From an uncultured virus (IMG/VR IMGVR_UViG_3300030104_003662) (taxonomy: Duplodnaviria > Heunggongvirae > Uroviricota > Caudoviricetes): a stretch of DNA of 64,000 bases. The stretch spans positions 1-64,000 of IMG/VR virus record IMGVR_UViG_3300030104_003662. The stretch is one strand, 5' to 3'. The position numbers were made by a program, and so were the translations under genes. How positions within the stretch are numbered: the stretch's first letter is position 1; every line of letters starts with the position of its first letter. The notes beneath the pieces are model-generated. The model did not search any database. It saw only the letters and a list, made by a program, of their open reading frames with translations, and was not told the origin of the DNA. Positions 57,301 to 64,000 of this stretch are shown in pieces.

Positions 57301-60300
57301 CAAGAACTATCCCACCCTCAATTAGCAGAGCAGCACCCTATGGAAATCCGCAACGCACTAATGTTACCAAATGAGGAAAAGCAATTCCAAAGCATGATGG
57401 TGATAGACGATACTGGTCAAGAGCACCGACTTGAAGGTGGCTCTCCTCTAGGTACCGTTATCATGGATTTCAGACATGTAAGTGACAGAGAAATAGAGGG
57501 GTTGGCACCTGCACTTGCTGGTACAGGTGTTTCACCTAATATGAAAATCAGATTACCTAACCCTGATGAAATACCGGGTAACATTATCGTTAGGCCCGGA
57601 TTCGACCGTATACAAGCGTATCAAAGTGAAACTATAGGCTCAGGAGGTCTACAGCACCCGTCACAGCCTGTGCAGCATATTACTGACATGTTCGATAACA
57701 AGTATTCAGGTCCTAGGCTATGGCCTACTTGGGAAAATAACGGCTGGGAGCATTTAAGTCAAGACGGAGTAGATGTATCTTTGACCAAGAGCGATAATCG
57801 CTTGAAGTTCCCGGCTTCAACTGTAGAAGGGTGGCAAGACCATACTAGCAATTCTCCTCTCAAGACAGCATATGAGCCTCATGATAGAAACTTGTATTTC
57901 CATGTCACTCGTATGGGTGTATCTATGACTAACCGCGAGACATCTCAGTTGTTAACTTTCCAAAGTTATAGTGGTACAGAGATAAATGTAAACGCTACTC
58001 CCGAAGCAAGTGTATGGACCGACAGTAGTGAATTAAGCGGTGGTAGATATTTCCTAAGAGTGTACAATGAGACCACTAACGAAGGAGTATTGGCTTCTTA
58101 TACAGGCGTAGGTAGTGGTAAGTTCACAGGCGTAGTGTATAGCCCTGACTTTGCAAACTTCATAGCAGATACAGAGGCAGAAGGTCATATTCTAAAAGTT
58201 GTACCTTCTTACTATATGCCAGCGGGTAGCACTAGGTTCTTTGGCGCAAGACGACTAAGGGACCATAGTGAGTACAGCGGTGCTAGTCCTGATATGAAGA
58301 TAATTGATTGGTACACGCTATATGCTGCTTTACCTGCGAATACAGGTGCGACTACTAATCCTTCTATACCTTATAATCACATAATGACTCCTAAGATGAC
58401 ACCTATGCCTATACCTCGTATGGGTCACCATTACATTAGCCCGACAATGGCACTCATGCCCGGACATTATGCTCACCCGGCCTACCAACGCTTGTACGAG
58501 TTAAACCAAAGTTGTAGGACTTCTAATAATGCACCTTTGATTGACAGTCTCATTGGTACCAACGAAGGTACTAGAACCAGTACAACTGCTACATCCACCA
58601 CTCATGAATCGGGCCGTGACCCTTACATTTACTTCTCCGGTCCAACCGCTGCATTCTCACCATCTGATATACACGGCGGGGCATTCACTCTATTGACTGA
58701 GACTAAAATCAAATACGAAGGTTACGGAGTTGCTGCATCTCTAGGTGCTGCTGGTACTACTAACGCAGCAGGTGGGCACGAACTTGTATTAGAAGCAGGT
58801 GGGACTTATACTCTCAACAACCATTTCCCTGACCCTATGGAGGTCGGAGCCTATCAGATTGTGATACAGCCGAATGTATTTGCTCAACAAATCAAAGGTT
58901 TCCACTTAAACCATAGTACTGAGAACAAAGCGCCTTCTGAAAGCGGCACTAAAGTTGTAGAATTAACAGGGCAGCAAGTGAATACTGTAATTGCCATTGA
59001 GCAAGATGTTGACACAAACGGCGCATACAGTCTGATTTTAGCAGATGCAATAATGGCAGATGTCAGAGGTTGTGAAGTAATAATAAACGAAGTTATACTT
59101 GACATTGAACCTGATTCGGGTAGCCATTTCACTAATTTACCTACTTTGGCACTTTACAACCCACTTGGAGTTCAAGAGACTAGTTCACCTTCGCTTACTC
59201 GTAGAAGCCTACCTTACAGACCGGGTATGTTTAGCAGTGCTACGCCCGGATATACACTTACCGTACCTTGGTGGGGTATATTGCACAAAGATGGAGCAGG
59301 TGCAAGTGGTGCTGACAAGTTTAGACACCTAGAATGGCATAAGCCTGATAATTACTACGAACTTTGCAGAGCATCATACGGTTGCGTAGGCGCACAGTTA
59401 ACCCTAGGTGGTTATCCAACTTCTTTCCTAGACATTTACGAAGTCCATAAGCGCAACAGAAGTCTAAATCCTACTTGTGTAGTAATATCTAACAACGGCT
59501 CCTCTACAATAACAGTCGATGATAACTCTTTATTCCCAGTAGTACCTTATTATGGTGAAAAGTTAGAATACACCAAAGATGGTGTACGGTACACTGCTAC
59601 TTATGGAAACAGAACGGGTACTCTTGCTTATGCAACATTAGGTGCATCTGTTACATTCTCAACTGTCAGCGGTAGTGGTGAGTTTTGGGCTAACATTGCA
59701 ACAGGCACTATCATAAAACTGACTAGACCTTATGACAACCATTCCTCTGACAAAGTATTCACTGATTCGTTATCTAGTATAATTACAAGGGCTTTGCCTC
59801 AAATATCTAACGGCAGTAGAGATACAAACAGCCTACATGTACCTGATGCATATTTATGCATGTGGCATCCGAATCTCGGCAGACCATTCACTTGGTATAG
59901 TGACACTGCTGACGGTGGTACTCGTAATTTCTATACCAAGGCTGGAGCAGCAGATACACCTTTGGATAAGAAGCCTTACAATATGCTACCTGAGCACTTT
60001 GAGACAATTCATTATCAAGATTTCAATTATGTAGCGAGCAAAGGTCCATTTGGATTCGCTATGAGTTGGATAGCGCCACCCGGAGGGGGCACCAGTCCTA
60101 CAAACGCTGCTGACGGCATAGTTCATACAGCCGCAGTCATTGACCTCGATACTAATCTGAAACACCAAGGTGGAGTAGAAAGTAGTACAGAAAGTAGTGG
60201 TGTTTTGATTAATCACCCGTCAGGTGCCAGTAATACCTACAGCGTTAACACTACTAGTGCTATTCCTGTAGACGCAGTTGACCCTACTACTAAGTTCCAA

Positions 60301-62535
60301 GTAGGTGATAGCGTATACAATTCCGCTGGAATCTTAGTCGGTGTACTTACGGCTGTTGACGGCAGTGCTCCATACGGAGTCACATTTGGTGGCGGAACAT
60401 TAGTGGTTTTGACAAACAACGAAGCACTCTATCTTAGTGAAAAATATAACTTCGCTGGCTTTTGGCCGGGCGGCTCTCATGGAGGAGGAGCAGTCAGTCG
60501 ATTAGAGGCATATGGAGATTCTTTGATTGGTTGGGGCGGGGAGACATACGGTATGGACTGTGGTACATTTGATGACAATACAGGTATCAGAACCCGCACA
60601 TACAATGAGGCTACTGTGGCTTCGCCTTATGCTCGTAACCATTGCTTTGGTTATAGATTCGGAGTTAGACAGGCGTATAATAGACCACGATGGGGGCAAT
60701 ATGTCCGAGGCTGGCTAGAAGTCGCTAATTCTAACGCTCTACTAGGCTATTATCACGGCCCGCTTATACAGCAAGATAACAAGACTAACGGCTGGGACTA
60801 TGTAGGTAGCGATACTGCTTTGGGCGATGTCAGTTTTACCGCTTCTTATGTCGGCATCTTGGAAAGGTTAACACAAGTTAGTGCATTACTCAACCAAGAC
60901 CAAATTGGTCGCCAAGTAAGGTACAGCGATGGTCGCAGAATGACTCAACCGTTTGGCTGTGCTGTTAGAACTATCAGAAATGCATCTACTGTCAGAAGAG
61001 AATATCCGGGTGACAATGCCGGTAAAGATATATCCGAATTGGCTAATGCTCATCGCTACTATATGGTCGACTGGTGGGGCAATACTCGTGGAGAAGATGT
61101 CAGGCGCTTCCCTGTAAGAGGGTTTGGTATACGCCCTGCTTGGGACCCCGAAGACGCTTATACAGATACTAATATCGCTCACCGACCTGCTGCTAATGCG
61201 TTGTTTGGAGGGGATGGTAACGACCGTCAAAGTGGAAATGCTAACACCGCTAATAATGACGCTAGTAACATGGGAGTAGCGGATTGGTTCAACCCAGCCA
61301 GCGCCCTCAGAGTAGGTGACAGAGGAGATGGCAGAGGAGTCCGTTGGCCTACAGTATTCAACGAAAGCATGCTAATGGATGTCAGCGAAACACATGAGGC
61401 TACCGGACTAGTGTTGTCTCATAGCACAGCAGAGCCAGCCTTCGGCCAAGGTTTGGTGAGGCCAAGTAACTTGGCTTTGCAGTCAGGTGAGATTGAAAGA
61501 GGAATCAGTGCTAGATTAGATGTCGCTAGTGAAGATGGGTTGCTCAAGCCAAGCGCTTCTGTTGCAGAAGGTACTGAAACTATCACTGCTGATACTCGTT
61601 TGGCCGAGCCTGTTGGCAGAGACGATGTTAGAATAGGACTTGATGTAGATACAATAGGAGAACTGAACGAAGGCGTTAGTAGAGAGTATGTAATTATGTC
61701 AACTGAGGCTGTGAGTTTACACACTGACAGGGAAATAGGTCAGAGAACTACCGTAAGAGGGGCTATGGATGGTGCAAGTAGAACTTTGACTGACTTTGAC
61801 TTAACTGCCCTTAACTTTTCATCTAATCCAAAGGCAGGTATAACTAGGATTTCCAACGCGCATGCCTATTGGCCTTTGGGCGGTACATATGCTATGGAAT
61901 GGAGCAGATATGCAGGTGTACTTGATGTCAAGGGCTGGGGGCAAGCAGGGGCCTCTTCATCATCTAATCCTTATCAAAACGCCGCCCACGACTCTACTCT
62001 CCAAAATACAAATGCTACTGATTCTACAATTGATTTCCTTTATCGCCCTGCTCAAGTGCTGGATAACAAGCATGTACAACTATTCAGACCAGCGCCTGTG
62101 ATAAGTGCTGACGATACTGACGGGGATGACACTATACAGGGCGGCTCTAACTTTTACAGAGCGACAGCCGGAGGTAAATACGGGCTATTCACAAGTGATG
62201 CTCCGGGCGCTTTGACTGGCACTCCAAGTAGCCCACCGTATGCACCTGTTTACTCAATTACCCCTACTTCTAGTACAACTGTGCCTACAAGCCAAGGTCC
62301 TAAGATTCAGGGTGTAGATGTGACAGGATATAACAAGGCTGACATACGCTCACCTGTGGCGAGAGTAGTTATGACTGAAAATACACTTGAACACTTTAGA
62401 GCAGATGCAAGTCGTAAATCACCTGATGATGAAGAAGGCGATTTTAATGTACAGCCAAGATATAGCCAAACATTGCATCCAAAGGGTAGTGACGGTGATG
62501 CATCTTATAATACAGGAGACCATAGCGGGGAGTGA
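45352..62535 (+). CDS. Giant tail/adhesion protein (5727 aa) with N-terminal LamG/concanavalin domain
   Basis: Uninterrupted 17.2-kb ORF; YALSFNGVTDGV..FTLETWI..MHINGDLV..TIGLWRFEE; Thr/Ser/Gly-rich repeated beta modules. Confidence 0.8.
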   Translation: MSIVIDPGYALSFNGVTDGVLVPSNQNVIHGKSDEGRKSLPAALHSFTLETWIMPDCGGIVYEYENMMRLTVGSPSSPAPATFEINLENVAAGTKSVHTISSAKPVNKINGDFAYWDGILFPQPALNMHNSYIATDAAVNDSTALNDGHRELLNVTVTFNRRYLSMHINGDLVVAKEFEENQQIVLSPSNMYLGGKGGEYRGTIEAIHLSRGEKKSGRSEFAPVKSDDTIGLWRFEEPIEPISLITTTPSISASTSASSSINIGVAAATALVNQFKNGVSVVVGNAINFTTQSPWSSQGSYKIKVHGATSSSDATIPKVPYNIIVNPLGYVSTTGKPTNKAPERLRLMAVDGDAGTITVESIHLDFASNASTGRRGALQAHDAGRFVVVTGDCLVDGGNGNVYQPQGSGTQFSHRQGQVCIDESNFENHGIMFSMSMAVDNTVHNKFAAFTTNPGAGFYLGHSGRHILNHVKSHPFMGYLPPASDLVVDKKLDASADVISASFSSQYSDIRGTVPLNSKISAFDSHEPVKLENTFYSTKVNTVVENGMSDISDTQRGLLAIGGTSFDPSAFALKALGADTVAENSKAQLVPSDESRIAILSVPSLASYDYAPFVQIHYNAICHNSVDFPTAAVSRIDSSFTSTATIIKLQSIKSFGKTGAVLPATSISIGGVVATTNPDITATLNHSDNKITFSANTDSGFQAVDTTGAIVKLAMDGPCLMVSKTLPDVSTIVTGSTSILDLIHTDMASADLDILSPGGIVEFKAPGMFPFKSGDLEGDTEEGTVAETTLDTTLCPDNYLPLASTDPPQTTPQGIAVSDSNLSTKSSQFSKIIIKTATYEDTLEETADIIRQSSQYDRQKTGVLVNNGSGYSATATSITVDAVDARTKFSTGQSLYKIDGTVLGTITSVAETAIGVSAGITASLVDNEELYNQSINIGTGTTNQSTSVHEIFDIIEHQMSGDIVTLTVQPSDRRRFTQLARLKIDEDSSNHLSVEYLMSRGRVLSFNEDDNGNSNLLAYGIISDIAGASVSAKGDGAPDSHIVKEIMPGAPVVTMMLGGPGQGAINTKETWEPSPTARLAWNTRRDCVTEVSAVDTSGRTVTTLPLNNRSTDLQSWGTYCFPKVGRIYLELPRTDVNEPIRFASAEYSSKTGVLFNFASGTTHLGSGKFVLADGSEAVGFAAWVSATGISTGHKLHVDDKFLEESMCNDGTTVNDRLFQTLDSVQHDYQLGTQYASTRALVEIPLFEEFFFDNPDKGIFPGPDNSMKIHVDATHTASNWAPNPVGRRHDEIATQDPEIFGAFSYSISSDSHRSGTKITAPFTDTSAPILIHVEDASIFPIPDAAPVTVAGVDGSARYRRAFLPSGEWVLYTARDTSANTITAASASTAGGNWAMSKNFVKEFAVGAQLTPAPGYQDMNYTPIADNPLLKSAGYEGRRSFYYDRSNVMTQGGNVDYGMRQYVSAVEFRAGPRVNPHLDRIQSGRAKGVVQAWASGAPTLLYMKDASLFPDNIAGVDDYSGYRYRLAWAPSDFSLTGCSYNNAKLITHSSSTLVAVGMAVSGDGIPVGATVEAVISNTTFDLSVATTGGSLSSKTLTITSNGVITHAHYNIKSDNLLTLTQRDDAFQPASGDEVTLVDMHASPTTIYPEVKEGVFLNKSWAYPYAPGGLRDGDTVWMNMHYTNPHAIEGLFAKSRGTLNEGEVWTGFNGGGGAFAANPRNSIPMENFLIGNSCTETAQNFVQHVNKTIELNYEALGLYAEFTVGGASYNNDPTITHTSSTAIVVGMGVSGSGIPDGATVATVTDATHFELSEATTGGSKSSQTLTFTSNTPAPTVAYLDPYQSTEEHARVLLYDVAHDREFIAFQDLWMQVQSSADATKIGAAPAHTAGAIVHDDGNSGSWIDVAAGFPSESKYLAPTNGSDFMEAAYSHKSTWNASTGTILSPHAPDVGTKYATNGAMPRTNDAVINSDDAILKHKQIDKDSREASTFFDTPDGTRAIPAFLALKGIRSSTSDLSGHEEARLNELDHWTQMDFVRRLTVDFGEVALRDGVTDIEAAAREVVRLVNQAGAKNGRTHARRPADQYLGESEKFDLSSPGVKAGGFSMGFDPSAAHINADFAATGSTHDPAPFWDIKRGFSSHDRGTHMGYVRAHLGRVVLDSDGNKGYSIVIHSTIPGAEGRNFCTWLDNSRAQTPYRPQYLIGHGGRFRNYWCQPDEMTGENMHPAPMPINRFGRPFAPITTLKEYLPPEETLASFSNNLSIGPEIVIGSTQSADTFRENASGRNSNTVIDESFETKSPSSTLVDGLRTGTSAKSRINFGGMTQAGIPGWSPDAGKWGMGRDGEDSRYQSVYGNASNAATAMLNSTIYDTDNKVGYIPKDDMKPRNIGDGNIYGIRLVDHRGDNHTVRMIYKQYGKSFANDLTIVPPTIDEEIVIHFDDRDVAQGGFTIGKHMVGTGEVCGEKSGGTAKPYKGNLWNNYPSPAVGIHVTGNKATDTGVTMDVTFTAPYSTGDTLTHPDVLGYLGFPESGVLQLTDDAGTSGDQGITIHYTSRSHYDHDGDTGASNKHYFYGCTGGRALTTNEGMLISPRINFTSVLTDEVIAAAVEFAMAMPDPTDDSIAATSFDCTGMFAPDGKTLGEWGVSPTAIRVKASSKSKTPLSKLFQVSRNKDWGLVEGASSDAVVSSKHTGGLSDVERDAGTRLDVGYIPETVLHITTRYKGTNANTATPILVDNQNNPVDISTWQRNLRGDNYTSVAGDHIIPKVDSPMILKTTDDGTLITTASSTYLYSICVPGSDHAQAWGERFTIWWGSEEYAEVASTPGAAVETKLTYGAGTGVSANFASFCHDSDDEVLMRNGDVKNGMKTDGIRRAGSKMSSPFLYFRGGRDSPDHWVPLYFGGGFSGVVMDINDGTQNDYGDFYTHPYAGGPTGSAGLQNVGEIAGSYALLDTNAMLAMFPGTPYLDDHKGKNNPPLFNQDSLLPFDMAKGANTKFTGLTYTDGSNAVHANLPSPIVLRFAHPHARYSATGNTADQTIYMVFGPGQAFPHNSAAFEPQGANIVTSGNGYSAVPIYTDGSTVSLETFLPNSLTNGDSTVAGLINHASGAVIGHLPRTTFFQINKLSAFNYDMNWEPTKGFPSVAVSGSTTFAQTYDRAFYYEGSPFTFGVALPPSAHPFSHIFTDSNGNALETSYHPATKKSSVIWHMDGGYHPGGHFLDNHVNINPKHAVEGGRLATGSTNKHNVSAFRPCGLLAKAYLTQYGGSPDNQANDDNVVLIDATRVQNAEELGAVISASINTFPGKDPLKAIGGTFLPSMQNAHKQDRYGWVQLDIASFEPANKLVVTNNASLETLPKYGWVRISDGNTAGYAPYTDITTTATLTVAAQGDPHGMTEKQKVTITAADGTVRIYVLTDTNAGGVATGTVLVSNSDTGAGTAGDSLTGGIAVGINFTSAIQHDYLEQIKTAIEHANGHAGKITVTETSTSIFTLTNAVAGISGNTTITEDVANLTIAGFNGNTGSIFLGRSVNSTVPSVINIVVPGAGYSAATVSTSGGSGTGLTLALTVGGSGEITGVSIATAGSGYQAGDLITAVGGDGAGRIDVAGCAKSTSFINPTNDREVTATSGFKAYVWAKSGTHRLNNDNTVTTRDHITQVHYNGLIDAIDRTKPVGAVGWAGEAYSYMNSYTGTQVGSGVYPAGLGAWHPSLGFNPYGAAETCLAASSPVGTGDTATATFSDYCVNGLSSRHLIAITHESELPLIAKADRDGVTCAGDWLMTKETSNIINAGTIQWDTSKVHNKSRYLGPATGGPRVEAQVHSDFVRPTVAGDYPATSAAVAANKWHDTIASGKMVQANACLNPTGDLFWDESVVKGSNFHEDFGTYGKECIGVSGSDDYLNPGASSTAMPHNGLFGYYNTRSAARNFSAEHVVWKRMDGGSLTMPAANARGLGAIPWVRRKASTGQYLLEGEKVLGNVRFSFESTNAAMFPIIQAQELSHPQLAEQHPMEIRNALMLPNEEKQFQSMMVIDDTGQEHRLEGGSPLGTVIMDFRHVSDREIEGLAPALAGTGVSPNMKIRLPNPDEIPGNIIVRPGFDRIQAYQSETIGSGGLQHPSQPVQHITDMFDNKYSGPRLWPTWENNGWEHLSQDGVDVSLTKSDNRLKFPASTVEGWQDHTSNSPLKTAYEPHDRNLYFHVTRMGVSMTNRETSQLLTFQSYSGTEINVNATPEASVWTDSSELSGGRYFLRVYNETTNEGVLASYTGVGSGKFTGVVYSPDFANFIADTEAEGHILKVVPSYYMPAGSTRFFGARRLRDHSEYSGASPDMKIIDWYTLYAALPANTGATTNPSIPYNHIMTPKMTPMPIPRMGHHYISPTMALMPGHYAHPAYQRLYELNQSCRTSNNAPLIDSLIGTNEGTRTSTTATSTTHESGRDPYIYFSGPTAAFSPSDIHGGAFTLLTETKIKYEGYGVAASLGAAGTTNAAGGHELVLEAGGTYTLNNHFPDPMEVGAYQIVIQPNVFAQQIKGFHLNHSTENKAPSESGTKVVELTGQQVNTVIAIEQDVDTNGAYSLILADAIMADVRGCEVIINEVILDIEPDSGSHFTNLPTLALYNPLGVQETSSPSLTRRSLPYRPGMFSSATPGYTLTVPWWGILHKDGAGASGADKFRHLEWHKPDNYYELCRASYGCVGAQLTLGGYPTSFLDIYEVHKRNRSLNPTCVVISNNGSSTITVDDNSLFPVVPYYGEKLEYTKDGVRYTATYGNRTGTLAYATLGASVTFSTVSGSGEFWANIATGTIIKLTRPYDNHSSDKVFTDSLSSIITRALPQISNGSRDTNSLHVPDAYLCMWHPNLGRPFTWYSDTADGGTRNFYTKAGAADTPLDKKPYNMLPEHFETIHYQDFNYVASKGPFGFAMSWIAPPGGGTSPTNAADGIVHTAAVIDLDTNLKHQGGVESSTESSGVLINHPSGASNTYSVNTTSAIPVDAVDPTTKFQVGDSVYNSAGILVGVLTAVDGSAPYGVTFGGGTLVVLTNNEALYLSEKYNFAGFWPGGSHGGGAVSRLEAYGDSLIGWGGETYGMDCGTFDDNTGIRTRTYNEATVASPYARNHCFGYRFGVRQAYNRPRWGQYVRGWLEVANSNALLGYYHGPLIQQDNKTNGWDYVGSDTALGDVSFTASYVGILERLTQVSALLNQDQIGRQVRYSDGRRMTQPFGCAVRTIRNASTVRREYPGDNAGKDISELANAHRYYMVDWWGNTRGEDVRRFPVRGFGIRPAWDPEDAYTDTNIAHRPAANALFGGDGNDRQSGNANTANNDASNMGVADWFNPASALRVGDRGDGRGVRWPTVFNESMLMDVSETHEATGLVLSHSTAEPAFGQGLVRPSNLALQSGEIERGISARLDVASEDGLLKPSASVAEGTETITADTRLAEPVGRDDVRIGLDVDTIGELNEGVSREYVIMSTEAVSLHTDREIGQRTTVRGAMDGASRTLTDFDLTALNFSSNPKAGITRISNAHAYWPLGGTYAMEWSRYAGVLDVKGWGQAGASSSSNPYQNAAHDSTLQNTNATDSTIDFLYRPAQVLDNKHVQLFRPAPVISADDTDGDDTIQGGSNFYRATAGGKYGLFTSDAPGALTGTPSSPPYAPVYSITPTSSTTVPTSQGPKIQGVDVTGYNKADIRSPVARVVMTENTLEHFRADASRKSPDDEEGDFNVQPRYSQTLHPKGSDGDASYNTGDHSGE

Positions 62536-62537
62536 GT

Positions 62538-64000
62538 ATGGCACTAGGTAAGAACACAATCACTGGTCGTTCCAATGCGAGTCAAAATACTATCATGAAG
62601 CGTATCCGCAAGCCTAAGTTTGTGGATAACGGTATGCGCCATGCTGAGTATAACAAGGTACAAAGTGGGTTTTCTGCAAAAGCACCCACTGCAACGGACT
62701 TTGTACCGACGCATGACCGTAAGTACACACTTGTAGAAGAAGAAGATACTATCCGTTTGACTCATAAGATGAGCGACGGTCATAAGTATACGGGTAGTAT
62801 ATTCTTTGATAGTGACGAAGTTTCACTCAATCGTTACACCTTGCCTCCTTTGTTAATCGGCGGAGATGACCCTTCACAGTCACTTGTTGTCTCGGCATTA
62901 GTTTCACCTCAAACCGAGTTAGACGATGTGTTGAGTGCCACCGACGGTACTCGTTATCGAATTGGTAATATGAAAGGTAAAGAATTGAAACAGGTTGGAT
63001 TTACTAGCAAAACGGTTCACATAGGTCAGAAAGTCAATGTCGGATTGCGTACAACTGACCTCGTTGCTAGGCTTGCCAAGGGTACTACCAACTCGCTCAA
63101 CGGATTGAGCATAAATAACCCAAGTGGCACATTCGTAGCACAGGATTTCTACGGCGTAGATGGCATAACTGCCATGAGGTTCTTATCTAAGCACGATGGA
63201 TATAACACTACTACCGACCAGTTTGGAAACTTGCATTATTCTCACCAAAAGAAGCACAACAGGGAGCACTATGTTACCCAATCTATGGTGACAGAAGGCT
63301 CTGTTGAAAATGCCAGTAAAAGCACACCTAATCGTGTCATAGTAAGGGGCAAATCAAGGGCTAATAACGATGACAATACGGTACAAATAGATGATTTAGG
63401 CCCTCAAGTAGATGGTGTCAATGAAATACCGGGCGGTATATACGCACCTACTGCTGTTACCAAAGCAAGTGCTAGAAATATCGGTCGTAGGATGCTTTCT
63501 ATGTCTAAAAGAGCGACTGGTGGTGAAAAATTGATGGGAGTAGTTCACGCTTCTAATGTTCAGCCCGGAGATGTGATTTCATACGACACATTGACCGATT
63601 CACAAAGACAAGTAGTACTTTCTACTAAACACGACCTGATAAACGCTAAGTCTGAAATCAATATCAACTCAGTAGATGGCTCTTTAGAGGATATTTTACA
63701 AAGATTCCAAGAAGTAGACATTAGTTCTAGTACAAAGGATAACGAAGAGCGTAACCGACAATTTGGCAAAGAAGACTTCTTTACATCGTTTGGTTTCAAT
63801 ATCAAGGTGTCTTGGCAAGTAGAAGAACGCAGTATCAGGAATCCGACAAAAGGTATGGCAATAGGTATACCTAGTAAATCTACCATACACGGCGGTAGGC
63901 ATTTGAAAAGTACAGGTATTTTGATTAACAACGGAGGAGGTTATGCAGTTAATACTACTACATTTACCACTGATGGTACAAATGCTAATTCTGTATTCAC
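62538..64000 (+). CDS. Baseplate hub/Tal-like tail protein (3' truncated; absent from ORF track)
   Basis: ATG 62538 (MALGKNTITGRSNASQ..) reads open to the window end; TDQFGNLHY, TPNRVIVRG, ARNIGRRML and VQPGDVI are hub-type motifs. Confidence 0.65.
   Translation, partial: MALGKNTITGRSNASQNTIMKRIRKPKFVDNGMRHAEYNKVQSGFSAKAPTATDFVPTHDRKYTLVEEEDTIRLTHKMSDGHKYTGSIFFDSDEVSLNRYTLPPLLIGGDDPSQSLVVSALVSPQTELDDVLSATDGTRYRIGNMKGKELKQVGFTSKTVHIGQKVNVGLRTTDLVARLAKGTTNSLNGLSINNPSGTFVAQDFYGVDGITAMRFLSKHDGYNTTTDQFGNLHYSHQKKHNREHYVTQSMVTEGSVENASKSTPNRVIVRGKSRANNDDNTVQIDDLGPQVDGVNEIPGGIYAPTAVTKASARNIGRRMLSMSKRATGGEKLMGVVHASNVQPGDVISYDTLTDSQRQVVLSTKHDLINAKSEININSVDGSLEDILQRFQEVDISSSTKDNEERNRQFGKEDFFTSFGFNIKVSWQVEERSIRNPTKGMAIGIPSKSTIHGGRHLKSTGILINNGGGYAVNTTTFTTDGTNANSVF

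Larger units (their letters stand above)
1..64000 (+). mobile_element. Tailed archaeal virus genome segment (Caudoviricetes; probably magrovirus-like), structural/packaging module
   Basis: TerL, portal, prohead protease, HK97-type MCP and tail genes are in canonical order on one strand. Archaeal TATA/leaderless promoters and GGTGA RBS are present, and there are no cellular housekeeping genes. Viral nature is well supported; the host assignment is inference. Confidence 0.85.

Noticed and set aside
45352..62535. Giant ORF as the tape measure protein or a DGR target
   Set aside because: Composition is beta/Thr-Gly-rich with LamG rather than helical. No reverse transcriptase or adenine-variable repeat pair was seen.
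1..64000. tRNA/rRNA genes or alternative genetic code
   Set aside because: No cloverleaf or rRNA-like segment was recognised in the few intergenic gaps. Standard-code ORFs tile the window densely and all three stop codons are used.

Overview
This window is the virion-morphogenesis arm of a large tailed dsDNA virus (Caudoviricetes, HK97-type head). Almost every gene is on the + strand. The expression signals are archaeal: TATA boxes sit 24-26 nt upstream of the first ATG of each transcription unit (leaderless mRNAs), and GGTGA Shine-Dalgarno sites occur inside operons. The best guess is a magrovirus-like virus of marine Euryarchaeota (Poseidoniales/MGII); this is inferred, not confirmed by a search. 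Order of content: (1) a non-coding left end with a hairpin, iteron-like repeats and a T tract; (2) a variable array of small proteins and one polyprotein sharing a ~13-residue tag, (TG)EP[MI]DxA[WM]xxLK, with an HMG-CoA lyase island inserted; (3) a membrane-protein operon built around a small Ras/Arf-like GTPase; (4) putative TerS, internal head proteins, TerL, a LAGLIDADG protein, portal, an 1817-aa protein with a degenerate DNA-ligase domain, prohead protease/scaffold and major capsid protein; (5) adaptor, tail tube, tail chaperones with a probable -1 frameshift, a miniature 160-aa tape-measure candidate, two paralogous Dit-like proteins, a 5727-aa tail protein, and a hub-like protein cut off by the window end. 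The most striking candidate system is the repeated tag. It ends in the same hydrophobic-x-Lys signature seen in the capsid N-terminus and scaffold, and it separates unrelated cargo domains (GNAT, ParB/Srx-like, HNH-like, HiPIP-like, basic modules). This suggests modular capsid loading followed by protease release, analogous to the T4 capsid-targeting sequence. No tRNA, rRNA, CRISPR array or replication genes were recognised.
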